DNA of 64,000 nt from contig CAZYCQ010000001.1 in the NCBI GenBank assembly GCA_964645535.1, positions 1-64,000 of the forward strand. Direction: 5' to 3'. A model generated the notes under the pieces. The model saw only the letters and a program-made list of their open reading frames with translations. It made no database searches and was not told the origin of the DNA. A program made the position numbers and the translations under genes. Position 1 is the stretch's first letter; every line of letters starts with the position of its first letter. The DNA comes from an uncultured archaeon. GTDB taxonomy: Archaea > Asgardarchaeota > Heimdallarchaeia > Heimdallarchaeales > Kariarchaeaceae. Positions 20,163-29,020 of this stretch are shown here, piece after piece.

Positions 20163-20774
20163 ATGATGAATGGATTTCTCCAAAGGCTGTTCACCAAGAA
20201 GAAATGTGCATCGGTTTGCCTGATTGGTGAAGTAAACACAGGAAAATCTACTCTGGCCAATCGAATTTCCAAAGATTTCACGGGTAAAGAAATGTCGTCA
20301 GTATCCCATATTGCTCATGAAACCAGAGATCTAGTGTCTCTCGAACACGTCGATTTCAGAACGGAGAAAGGAGAGTTGGATCTCACTTTGGTTGACACTC
20401 CAGGCATTGCAAGTGCCATTGACTATAAAGAGTTCATAAAAGAGGGATTATCCGAAGAAGAAGCAATGAAAAGAGCAAAAGAGGCAACGGCAGGAGTGAT
20501 TTCTGCTATCAAATATCTGCAGAAGGTTGATGTTGCATTGGTTCTTATGGATGCAACAAAGACACCTTTTGATCAAGTAAGTCTAACTCTGTTGGGAACC
20601 TTGGAAATGCAGAACAAGAAAACGATCATTGTGGCGAACAAATCAGATCTACCTGAAGCAAAGCCAGATCTCATTAAATCTACCTTTCCCCAACACCCGG
20701 TCGTTCCCATATCTGCTTTATACGGATCAGGTATTGATGACCTGTACAATCAGCTTATTGAGGTGGCAAAATAA
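20163..20774 (+). CDS. oapA: Era-like small GTPase, OapA/ArvA family
   Basis: GEVNTGKSTLANRI, HETR, VDTPGIA, EEAMKRAKEATAGVISAIK, ANKSD, ISALYG; followed by OapB- and OapC-like genes. Confidence 0.85.
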   Translation: MMNGFLQRLFTKKKCASVCLIGEVNTGKSTLANRISKDFTGKEMSSVSHIAHETRDLVSLEHVDFRTEKGELDLTLVDTPGIASAIDYKEFIKEGLSEEEAMKRAKEATAGVISAIKYLQKVDVALVLMDATKTPFDQVSLTLLGTLEMQNKKTIIVANKSDLPEAKPDLIKSTFPQHPVVPISALYGSGIDDLYNQLIEVAK

Positions 20775-21112
20775 TGGTACCAGTTGTGGATTTTGTCCCT
20801 ACTGATGTTCTGAAACGGTTCAACCCGGAACAGCGAGCGGAATTCATTATTGACCGTACAAAACAAGGAAGAATACTGCTCCTAGAGATGGGATTGACAC
20901 CAGAGGAACGATTGGTATTGATGCAAAAGGCGATGGAGCATTATGACGAAACATTCATTGGAATTAAGCTACGAGAGTTGAGTGTGCGGACGAGATCAGC
21001 TGGACTGATCCGCCAAAAGGAAATTGTATCAAATATTCTTTTGGTCGCTCCAGGCGATGCAGAGATCACCTTGAAGGATCAAGGAATCCTCTCGGTGGGA
21101 ATTGCTGTTTAG
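20774..21112 (+). CDS. oapB: DUF2073 / OapB (ArvB)-like protein
   Basis: FIIDRTKQGRILLLEMGLTPEERLVLMQKAM..ETFIGI; TAATG coupling to the GTPase. Confidence 0.75.
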   Translation: MVPVVDFVPTDVLKRFNPEQRAEFIIDRTKQGRILLLEMGLTPEERLVLMQKAMEHYDETFIGIKLRELSVRTRSAGLIRQKEIVSNILLVAPGDAEITLKDQGILSVGIAV

Positions 21113-21125
21113 GAGGAGGCTTGAA

Positions 21126-21434
21126 ATGAATCTGAGTACAACGTGTCTTAATTGTGGTCTGGAAATGGATAACTTTGCAGAAGCCTTCAAAAATGGTTGT
21201 CGACAGTGTGGTGGAAGAAAATTTTCTACGATGAAAATAACCAAGAATAACGATACAGTTAGGTCGATAATAAATAGAATTAATATCGCAAACGAGGTTG
21301 CTGTTCGAGTAAGTGGAAGAGGAAGCTATAATATTAATTTGGAACAACTTCTGAAGAGGAAACCAAATGAACCGATTGCTTTCCAAGACCCCACAGGCAC
21401 CATACGATTAGTCTTAAATCCAGAACTTGAATGA
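21126..21434 (+). CDS. oapC: Zn-ribbon protein DUF2072 / OapC (ArvC)-like
   Basis: CLNCG..NGCRQCGGRKF, VRVSGRGSYNINLEQL; AGGAGGAGG SD before ATG 21126. Confidence 0.78.
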   Translation: MNLSTTCLNCGLEMDNFAEAFKNGCRQCGGRKFSTMKITKNNDTVRSIINRINIANEVAVRVSGRGSYNINLEQLLKRKPNEPIAFQDPTGTIRLVLNPELE

Positions 21435-21955
21435 TGAATAGAATGGTTCAGGTCATTGTAATAAACGGAACCCCGGGAACAGGAAAATCGACGGTTGCCC
21501 AAGAGCTTGCAAATTTCGGGTTCAAAGTCATAACAGAAAGAGAAATGACAAAACTGAGCGATTGTATGATGGGAAGAGATGAAGAAAAGAAGACGTCCAT
21601 TATCGATGAAGATTGCTATGAAGCATATCTCCATCAGTACTTCCAAAATGAAGATAAAGAATTGGTAGTTTACGAAGGGCATTTGGGAGATTTGGTTCCA
21701 TCGGAATTTGTGCTGAAGTGTTTTGTCCTTTCCTTACAGATTGAGAAGTTACGCGAACGATTGAAAAAGCGTGGATACCCCCCTCAGAAAATCGAAGACA
21801 ATATTCTGGCAGAGATAATGAAAGATTGTCTGATTCTTTCACAAGAGGCGTTTGGAGTTGAGAAGACTGTAGAAATTGAAAATCACGATAGTCACGCCAC
21901 TGCTAAAAGGATCATTCAGGAAATCAAAATCCTTTTGAGAGACCAAAACGGTTGA
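21431..21955 (+). CDS. Adenylate kinase 6 / Fap7 (hCINAP)-like NMP kinase
   Basis: GTPGTGKST, VVYEGH, LRERLKKRGYPPQKIEDNILAEI. Confidence 0.88.
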   Translation: MMNRMVQVIVINGTPGTGKSTVAQELANFGFKVITEREMTKLSDCMMGRDEEKKTSIIDEDCYEAYLHQYFQNEDKELVVYEGHLGDLVPSEFVLKCFVLSLQIEKLRERLKKRGYPPQKIEDNILAEIMKDCLILSQEAFGVEKTVEIENHDSHATAKRIIQEIKILLRDQNG

Positions 21956-21961
21956 TGGATA

Positions 21962-22393
21962 ATGATCGATGTTGATGATGAACTGCCAAAAGTCAAATGT
22001 GGTTTTAGGGATTGTCATAAATGTTGTCTTGAAACCGAAATGTTGCTTACTACGGAGGACCTTGAACGAATAGAATCACATGGTTTCAAAAGGGAGGATT
22101 TTTGTCTAGATCCGAAAAAAGCCAATGGATTTTGGCAGTTGAAAAACATCGATGGAAGATGTTTTTTCCTTGATGAAAAGGGCAGGTGCAAAATTTATCA
22201 GATCAGACCACTGGGATGCCGTCTCTATCCATTGATACTTACTTTGGATACAAATGAGGTCATTGTGGATGAAGATTGCAGAGAACAGGAATGGTTCAAA
22301 AAACAGACTTACACAAAACAGCAGGTCATAAGCGTTCACAGCTTGGTTTCAACATTGCTTTTGGAGAATCCGGAATATTCCTTTGATGATTGA
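21962..22393 (+). CDS. YkgJ-family CxxCxxCC cysteine-cluster protein
   Basis: C..DCHKCC, GRCFFL..GRCKIYQIRPLGCRLYP. Confidence 0.88.
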   Translation: MIDVDDELPKVKCGFRDCHKCCLETEMLLTTEDLERIESHGFKREDFCLDPKKANGFWQLKNIDGRCFFLDEKGRCKIYQIRPLGCRLYPLILTLDTNEVIVDEDCREQEWFKKQTYTKQQVISVHSLVSTLLLENPEYSFDD

Positions 22394-22402
22394 GGAATAT
22401 CA

Positions 22403-22957
22403 ATGAAAGCCATTGTTCCATTTCGAGGCATTAAAACAGGGAAAACGAGATTAAGGGAACGATTGGAGGATAAAGCGGTTGAAAGGTTATTGGAGGAGAT
22501 GTTGTCGAACACGTTAACTGTTCTGCATGCACTCCATTTTGAACCCGTTATTGTTACAGCGGATGTTGAAGTAAAGAATGATTACCCAAGGGAAGTAATA
22601 ATTTTGGATGCCGGTGAATCATTGCAAGGTGCAATTTCACAGGCATTGGATAATTTTGATGTAAAGGAAAATATCCTGTTTGTTATGCCTGACCTTCCGT
22701 TCATCAATGTCCAGTCTCTTGAGCATTTTTGTTCAAAAAAGGGAGAAAGGAAAGTAGTTCCCGCTTTCGATGGAGGCATTGCAATTGCCTATGGAAAACC
22801 AAAATGGATAAGGAAAATTCCTTTCGGAAAAGATTCTTTCAAAAAGTTGTCTGCTATTTTTCCCGATGTCGAAGTCATTTGGGATGAAAATTTAGGATTT
22901 GATTTGGATACCTATGAGGATTTTTTGAAATGGAAAAATATGGTCAAAGAGTCTTGA
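22403..22957 (+). CDS. cofC: 2-phospho-L-lactate/PEP guanylyltransferase (F420 biosynthesis)
   Basis: AIVPFRGIKTGKTRL, VMPDLPFI, PAFDGG, FGKDSF, LGFDLDTYEDF. Confidence 0.82.
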   Translation: MKAIVPFRGIKTGKTRLRERLEDKAVERLLEEMLSNTLTVLHALHFEPVIVTADVEVKNDYPREVIILDAGESLQGAISQALDNFDVKENILFVMPDLPFINVQSLEHFCSKKGERKVVPAFDGGIAIAYGKPKWIRKIPFGKDSFKKLSAIFPDVEVIWDENLGFDLDTYEDFLKWKNMVKES

Positions 22958-23978
22958 GCTCTCCTTCAATATCTATAATTTGATCAATTGATTTGTCAAC
23001 CTCATCGAGATAGGCGATCGAGGTTTCAATTTCTTGGCCGATAGTTTTAGTGAGGGAATCTATTTCTTTAAGGAAAGTTGTGATCTTGTTTGTCTTTTCC
23101 AAGAGCTCCCGTTGATCAATCAAAATTTCGGAGCTTAACCGTTTTATGTTTTCGTTAAGTGTATTTGCAGATTCTCGTGACTGGACAGACAAGTTGTGAA
23201 TATTGTCTGCAACAAGAATGAAACCTTCTCCTCGGTCTCCTGCTTGGGCAGCCTCAATTGCCGCATTGATGGCAACAAGATTAATCTGATCATTAAGATA
23301 TTCAACCAATTTAGTAGTTTCCTTCATCTGTTCAATTGATTCTATCAAAGACTTGTTCTGATGCCTCAGTGTACTTGAAATCTGATTCCAGAAGACGTTA
23401 TTATTTTTAAGACCGTCAATTAGGTCGTTATTGAGTTTGTTCAAAGTGAAATAATAATTGGAAAGTGAATTCAGAATAGTCTTGATCTGATCAACTGCCT
23501 TAACTAACCTCTTGGCATTCAAATTGTATGCATCTTTCATCTGAGACATCGTCAGCTCAAGCTTGAGTGTTGCATTCCGTATATCTTTGAATTCGCCCTT
23601 GTTGTAATAACCCATCCAGTTTAGAGGCTCATTTTGCAAATCGCTTAAGGAGGAGAGGTTTTGTGACACGATTTTCGTGGATCTATTTATGAAATCAAAA
23701 TCTGAAAGAAAGAATACGTAAATCACGAAGACCAGACCAAAAATGGAATATTTGATTAGAAAAGAGAGAGTTTCCGCAGTTGCAAAAAATCCCATGTCCT
23801 GAAACTGTTCAATGATTACATCTGCAACAATGAAGGAAACTGGGGCGATAAAGGCGATATTTGCCATCTCTCTAGATACGATACCTCTTTTGACCGTCAA
23901 TTGGATTAGTCGTGAAAGGACGAAAAGTCCGACAATGGAAAATCCCGCGATGACGTAGACAGCGGTGAGATGACTCAT
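22944..23978 (-). CDS. Membrane protein with methyl-accepting chemotaxis signalling hairpin
   Basis: 3 N-terminal TM; QINLVAINAAIEAAQAGDRGEGFILVADNIHNLS hairpin tip. Confidence 0.85.
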   Translation of the reverse strand: MSHLTAVYVIAGFSIVGLFVLSRLIQLTVKRGIVSREMANIAFIAPVSFIVADVIIEQFQDMGFFATAETLSFLIKYSIFGLVFVIYVFFLSDFDFINRSTKIVSQNLSSLSDLQNEPLNWMGYYNKGEFKDIRNATLKLELTMSQMKDAYNLNAKRLVKAVDQIKTILNSLSNYYFTLNKLNNDLIDGLKNNNVFWNQISSTLRHQNKSLIESIEQMKETTKLVEYLNDQINLVAINAAIEAAQAGDRGEGFILVADNIHNLSVQSRESANTLNENIKRLSSEILIDQRELLEKTNKITTFLKEIDSLTKTIGQEIETSIAYLDEVDKSIDQIIDIEGELKTL

Positions 23979-24252
23979 GAGCTAACGCAGATTTTAATGC
24001 TAAAAAGTCATTGGAGGTGAGTTCGAAGTTGGGTTGAATTTATGCGAATTTCTTGGCAACTTGATTGCAGAGTGAAAAATGGGGGAAAGTGCAGTGTAGG
24101 ATTAAGTTAAAAAAAATCTTGGTTGAAAACAAATCATTGAATTCATTCCTCAGATGGTCTAGTGGTATAAGAGATTGGAGATGAAACCATCAATGAAAAG
24201 GTGACCTTAAAAATCAGACCGTTGTAATTAATATTGATTGTGTGATTGAGTT

Positions 24253-25014
24253 ATGGGAAAAGAAAAGAGAGCCGTACTATTGATGCACCCATTAAGAAGA
24301 AAAATTTATCAAATAATTTCAGAAAGCCCTGGAAGTTATTTTTTTGAAATTGCATCTGAATTGGATCTTCCCCACGGAACAGTTGCTTGGCATTTGAAAA
24401 AACTTGCGGAAGCAGGTCTGGTAAGCACCATGAGATTTGCTGGAAAAAGAGTTTTCTTTTCAACAGCCTTGCGAAACGCAGAAGTAGAAAAAGCATTTGT
24501 CGTCCTCAGAAACAATGTAAGCCAAAAAATTTTCGAGTATATTCTAAATAATCCAGACTGTTATCAATCACAGATTGCCCAAAGTCTAGAATATCACCAT
24601 GACACCATCAGACACCATATTGTACGACTCGAAGAGGTTGGATTGATTACATCATATAAAAAAGGAAGAAATGTCCATTATCAAATTGGAAAATTGGGGA
24701 AGGAAATTCTGGCATCAAATACGGAAATCATATCGAGAGCCTACGTGGAATTTCTTTTTGAAAAATTGAAAGAGGAATGTCTTCACCCGGAAGTTGTGGA
24801 GCATAATGAGAACCAATTGACCATCAGGGTGAGTTGTCCAGGAAAGGATGATGTTTATTTTTCCTTGGAATTAAAATCTTGGAAGTTCCTTCCTTCAGAA
24901 GAAGAAGAAAGGGAAGAAACGGATGATTTACCGGATTTGGAGCCACCAAAGATCAAATCACTTGATGGGGAGATTTCAAAGCCAAAAATCCAAAAAATCG
25001 ATTTCGAATTTTAG
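24253..25014 (+). CDS. Double winged-helix (ArsR-like) transcriptional regulator
   Basis: HPLRRKIYQII..PG..GTVAWHLKKL..AGLV, and a second wH (IFEYILNNP..TIRHHIVRLEEVGLI..GRNVHY). Confidence 0.85.
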   Translation: MGKEKRAVLLMHPLRRKIYQIISESPGSYFFEIASELDLPHGTVAWHLKKLAEAGLVSTMRFAGKRVFFSTALRNAEVEKAFVVLRNNVSQKIFEYILNNPDCYQSQIAQSLEYHHDTIRHHIVRLEEVGLITSYKKGRNVHYQIGKLGKEILASNTEIISRAYVEFLFEKLKEECLHPEVVEHNENQLTIRVSCPGKDDVYFSLELKSWKFLPSEEEEREETDDLPDLEPPKIKSLDGEISKPKIQKIDFEF

Positions 25015-25071
25015 CTTAGTACCTTATCTAAAACCCAACCTATTAAATAGACAAAACCAATTCTTTCAGGT

Positions 25072-26049
25072 ATGAGCACAGAAAGAAGAAATGTCGTGGT
25101 CATCGGCGGAGGTCCCGCAGGATATACAGCAGCAATTTATTTGGGAAGAGCGGAACTGGAACCTCTTGTTTTTGCAGGTTATCAAGCAGGTGGTCAACTG
25201 ATGTTGACGACCGAAGTTGAAAACTTTCCGGGATTTTCAAAAGGCATAATGGGTCCTGAATTAATGCAAGAGATGCGAATGCAGGCGGAAAGATTTGGTG
25301 CAACCATTCTAAATGAGGATGTTACAGAAGTTGATTTTTCTTCAGGATCTCCATTCAAGATAAAGACATATGATCGTGAAGTTTTGGCCAATTCAGTTGT
25401 GATTGCGACTGGAGCAAGTGCGAAATGGTTAGGTCTGGAATCTGAGCAAAGATTGATTGGATCAGGGGTCTCTAGTTGTGCAACATGCGACGGTGCCTTT
25501 TACAAAGATAAGATTGTAGCCTTGGTTGGTGGGGGAGATTCTGCAATGGAAGAAGCCCTATTCCTTACCAGATATGCCGAAAAAGTTTACATCATTCATA
25601 GAAGAGACCAATTTAGAGCTTCAAAAATCATGCAGGAGAGAGTTTTCAAGAATAAAAGGATCGAGATCATCTGGAATCATGTGGTCAAAGAAGTACTTTC
25701 AGAAAAGGACGGATTTCTTGAAAAAGTCACTGGTGTTGAAATTGAAAACACCAAAACAGGAGAGAGATCCACCTTACCAATAGACGGCTTATTCATTGCC
25801 ATCGGCCATACACCAAATACGAAAATTTTCAAGGATCAAATAGAGCTTGATGAAATGGGATATATCAAAACTTATGAGCATACTATGACATCCAAGGAAG
25901 GAGTTTTTGCAGCAGGTGATGTTGTTGATATTCGATATCGTCAAGCGATAACGGCAGCAGGTGATGGATGCCGTGCAGCCATCGATGCCAGCAGGTGGCT
26001 TGAAGAAAACCACCTCATTATCGAGGAACAAAACATATTACGAGGCTAA
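25072..26049 (+). CDS. trxB: Thioredoxin-disulfide reductase
   Basis: GGGPAGYTAAIY, ENFPG, CATCDG, GGGDSAMEEA, HRRD, GVFAAGD, QAITAAG. Confidence 0.97.
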   Translation: MSTERRNVVVIGGGPAGYTAAIYLGRAELEPLVFAGYQAGGQLMLTTEVENFPGFSKGIMGPELMQEMRMQAERFGATILNEDVTEVDFSSGSPFKIKTYDREVLANSVVIATGASAKWLGLESEQRLIGSGVSSCATCDGAFYKDKIVALVGGGDSAMEEALFLTRYAEKVYIIHRRDQFRASKIMQERVFKNKRIEIIWNHVVKEVLSEKDGFLEKVTGVEIENTKTGERSTLPIDGLFIAIGHTPNTKIFKDQIELDEMGYIKTYEHTMTSKEGVFAAGDVVDIRYRQAITAAGDGCRAAIDASRWLEENHLIIEEQNILRG

Positions 26050-26118
26050 TTTGAACTTAAATTTGCCATAAGTGAAAGAGAACCTTTTTTACCTGACAAA
26101 TCAATTTGTTTTTGCATT

Positions 26119-26877
26119 ATGAACTGTGAAGTATGTGGCAATGAAGTCAAAGACACATGGAAATATTGCAGGTTTTGTGGAACAAAGCTTAACTTTAGCA
26201 AGCCTGTTGAACAGAAGGTTGAAGAGAAGGAAAGGGATTTGGTAGAAGACTTGGTGAAAGAAGAGGAAAAAGAGAGACAGGAAATTGTTTTTGACAAGGA
26301 TTTGTACTACCGTGTCCTTTCCACTCGATCAAAACGTAAAAGACTTGCAGAAAAGAAGGAAGAGCTATTGGAGGAAGTAAATTCCCTTCTTGAACAGGTC
26401 AGGTCTGGATTGGTGAAAGCAGACTATGCCAAACCTAAAATTCAGGAACTTAAGGAAGAGGTAAAGAAAATCACGGAAGAAGAAGAGAAATTTAGTTCCC
26501 TTCCCGAAGAATTGCCTTTTGAAGTTTTATTGGATGAAATAGATGCAGCAAAAGAAAAATTCAACAGGTTGCTTGAGATTAAGAAATCAGAAGCCATCTC
26601 GAAAGAAACGCTTCAAGAAGCAAAAAAACAATACCTAGAAAACATTGAACTCCTTGAAGGACAGAAAAGGACAGTTGTAGGCCATTTGCGTCAATGGGTG
26701 CATGAACTGAAAGCCGAACAGAACAAATTGCGTAAAGAAAGGGAAACATTGTACCTAAAAAAAGAATTAGAGGAACTAACCAAAGAAGAGTATGAACGGA
26801 GAAATAAGGAACTAGTCGAAAAAATATCTGAATTAGATCAGGTTGTTCGTTTAGTGTCCATTCTCATCGAATCTTAA
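26119..26877 (+). CDS. Zinc-ribbon protein with CdvA/SHOCT-like helical repeats
   Basis: CEVCG..YCRFCG then coiled coil with three hairpin turns (QVRSGLVKADY, IKKSEAISKETL, KKELEELTKEEY). Confidence 0.65.
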   Translation: MNCEVCGNEVKDTWKYCRFCGTKLNFSKPVEQKVEEKERDLVEDLVKEEEKERQEIVFDKDLYYRVLSTRSKRKRLAEKKEELLEEVNSLLEQVRSGLVKADYAKPKIQELKEEVKKITEEEEKFSSLPEELPFEVLLDEIDAAKEKFNRLLEIKKSEAISKETLQEAKKQYLENIELLEGQKRTVVGHLRQWVHELKAEQNKLRKERETLYLKKELEELTKEEYERRNKELVEKISELDQVVRLVSILIES

Positions 26878-27266
26878 TCCCAAAAGGATTTCCGGATAAA
26901 TTTGATTGCATCAACGAATCTCACGGAACTTGCCATTTCATCGAGAATATTTTGATATTCTTTGAATCCAATATCTGAAAGAAAATAGGTATGAATTTGC
27001 CTTCCATCTTCTGTTCTGATGTTCGTGCTGTCTAAAACACCTTTTCTAGCCAATTTTTCGATGAACTCTTCAAAAGTTTTCTGGGAAGGAATATGATACG
27101 GAAACTTGTTTCTTAACTGTGAGACCAAAGCCTGAAAAGCATGATAAGCTTCATCAATTGAAAGAGGCGCCGCAGGAGTCCCTACGGCCAGCAGAACCAT
27201 CTCTCGAAGAGAAAACCCCCTATTTGGTTCATGATTGTAAGGCGCCTCCACAATATCTAATGTCAT
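26874..27266 (-). CDS. Winged-helix (PadR-like) DNA-binding protein
   Basis: FIEKLARKGVL..GRQIHTYFLSDIGFKEY wing motif. Confidence 0.65.
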   Translation of the reverse strand: MTLDIVEAPYNHEPNRGFSLREMVLLAVGTPAAPLSIDEAYHAFQALVSQLRNKFPYHIPSQKTFEEFIEKLARKGVLDSTNIRTEDGRQIHTYFLSDIGFKEYQNILDEMASSVRFVDAIKFIRKSFWD

Positions 27267-27514
27267 CTTTGATTATATATAATTTGTTCACATTAATAAT
27301 ACTCGCGAGAGGTATTTCAAAGTGAACAATGAGGAATTAAAGCGCCACTTCATTAAAGCAATGAAACATCTAAACCAAAAACAAAAGTCACCCGATTCGT
27401 TCTAATAAAGGGAGTTAAATTCCATCCAAGTCAGAAGAGCATTCTGAATGGATTATTTATCAGTCAGGACTCAGTCATTTTTAAGGAAAGCCTCCATATA
27501 ACTTTAGATACAGG

Positions 27515-28201
27515 ATGATTGGAAAGAAACCTGACATTGAATTTCCAGATTACCTGAACCCTAAGGAACCAATCCATGGGACTACTACACTGGCCTTGAA
27601 ATTCAAGGATGGTGTAGTAATGGCAGCGGATAATAGGGCTTCTGCAGGGTACATGGTAGCTTCACCCCGAGCGAAAAAACTCCACCGTCTGAGCAAGAAA
27701 ACAGCGATGTCTATTGCAGGGATGGTCTCCGATGCCCAATACTTGATCAAACTGATGAGGGCGGAAATCAATCTTTACAAATTGAATCGCGGCAAAGAGA
27801 TGCCCACAAGAATGATCGGCAACCTACTTTCCACAGTAATGTATGGTCAATACAGAAGTTTCTTCCCCTTCTTTGTAGGACCGATTGTTGCTGGTGTTGA
27901 TGAAACAGGGGCACATGTGTTCAGCATGGACCCATCTGGTTCAATTACAAGCGAACCCTATACCTCAACTGGTTCAGGGTCTCCGTTTGCTTTCGGTGTT
28001 CTTGAGGCAATGTATGAACCAGATATGGACGAAGACCAAGCCAAAAAGGTCGCTTTGTTGGCCTTGCGGTCTGCAATCAAAAAAGACATTGCAACCGGGG
28101 ATGGAATTGACCTTTTGGTTATTACAGATGATGGGATCAAGGAAATTCCCAAGGATGAAATCAAGAAAATCTTGGGTGAGAAATACCCGTTTAAGGATTA
28201 G
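27515..28201 (+). CDS. psmB: 20S proteasome beta subunit
   Basis: Propeptide ending HG|TTT, DGVVMAADNRAS, KKL, AGMVSDAQ, STGSGSPFAFGVLE, KDIATGDG. Confidence 0.96.
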   Translation: MIGKKPDIEFPDYLNPKEPIHGTTTLALKFKDGVVMAADNRASAGYMVASPRAKKLHRLSKKTAMSIAGMVSDAQYLIKLMRAEINLYKLNRGKEMPTRMIGNLLSTVMYGQYRSFFPFFVGPIVAGVDETGAHVFSMDPSGSITSEPYTSTGSGSPFAFGVLEAMYEPDMDEDQAKKVALLALRSAIKKDIATGDGIDLLVITDDGIKEIPKDEIKKILGEKYPFKD

Positions 28202-28216
28202 GAGGATTGAAGAAAA

Positions 28217-28930
28217 ATGTTACCACCTGGATCTTCACTAGGCTATGACCGTAGCTCTACAATGTACAACCCTGATGGGAGAATTATCCAAACAGAATAC
28301 GCAAGGGAAGCCATGCGAAGAGGTTCAATCTCTGTTGCAATTCGATCCCACGAAGGAGTTGTTCTTGCAGGAAGAGTGAGAGCCTCCGACTTGGATCTTC
28401 CCAATAGCAAAATTTCACAGATCGATGACCATTTCGCAGCGATTTTTGCCGGATTTGCAGCAGATGGGCGGGTGTTGATCAGCAGAGCCCGTGTTGAAGC
28501 TCAAATACATAAGATGACGTATGGTGCAGCAGCAGACATAAAGTACGTAGCAACTAGGCTTGCAGACTATGCCCATATGTTCACCCAACAGGGAGGACTT
28601 AGACCCCTTGGAGTAGGATTGCTTCTTGGAGGAATTGAGACCGATGGTTCACCAAGGATTTACTTTGTTAACCCTGGAGGAGGTCTGCTAGAAACTAGAG
28701 CCAAAGCAATTGGTCATGGAGATAGCGTAGCAATGAGTTACCTCAAAGAACATTATCGAGAAGATATGACCCTTGATGAAATCATTCAGCTCGCTAAAGA
28801 CACCATCAAGCAGACCGAAGGTGACCAAACCATCGGTGACAAGGAAATCAAGGAGTTGAGTGACAAGGACATTGAGGTCTGGTCCATATCAGTAGACGCA
28901 GAACTACCTAAATTCGACGATATATTTTGA
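28217..28930 (+). CDS. psmA: 20S proteasome alpha subunit (divergent)
   Basis: GYDR..YNPDGRIIQTEYAREA, KISQIDDH, AGFAADGRVL..ARVEAQ, TQQGGLRPLGV, AKAIG; AGGAGGA SD. Confidence 0.92.
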   Translation: MLPPGSSLGYDRSSTMYNPDGRIIQTEYAREAMRRGSISVAIRSHEGVVLAGRVRASDLDLPNSKISQIDDHFAAIFAGFAADGRVLISRARVEAQIHKMTYGAAADIKYVATRLADYAHMFTQQGGLRPLGVGLLLGGIETDGSPRIYFVNPGGGLLETRAKAIGHGDSVAMSYLKEHYREDMTLDEIIQLAKDTIKQTEGDQTIGDKEIKELSDKDIEVWSISVDAELPKFDDIF

Positions 28931-29020
28931 AATTAAGCATTTGGACGTAGTTGATATAAAATTATTTAAACCATTATTTTTGTGGTTTTGATAACCTATA
29001 CAAGGTTTTGGTGAATAGAT

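Noticed and set aside
24155-24167. TGGTCTAGTGGTA, resembling a tRNA D-loop
   Set aside because: No acceptor stem, anticodon arm or T-loop can be formed around it.
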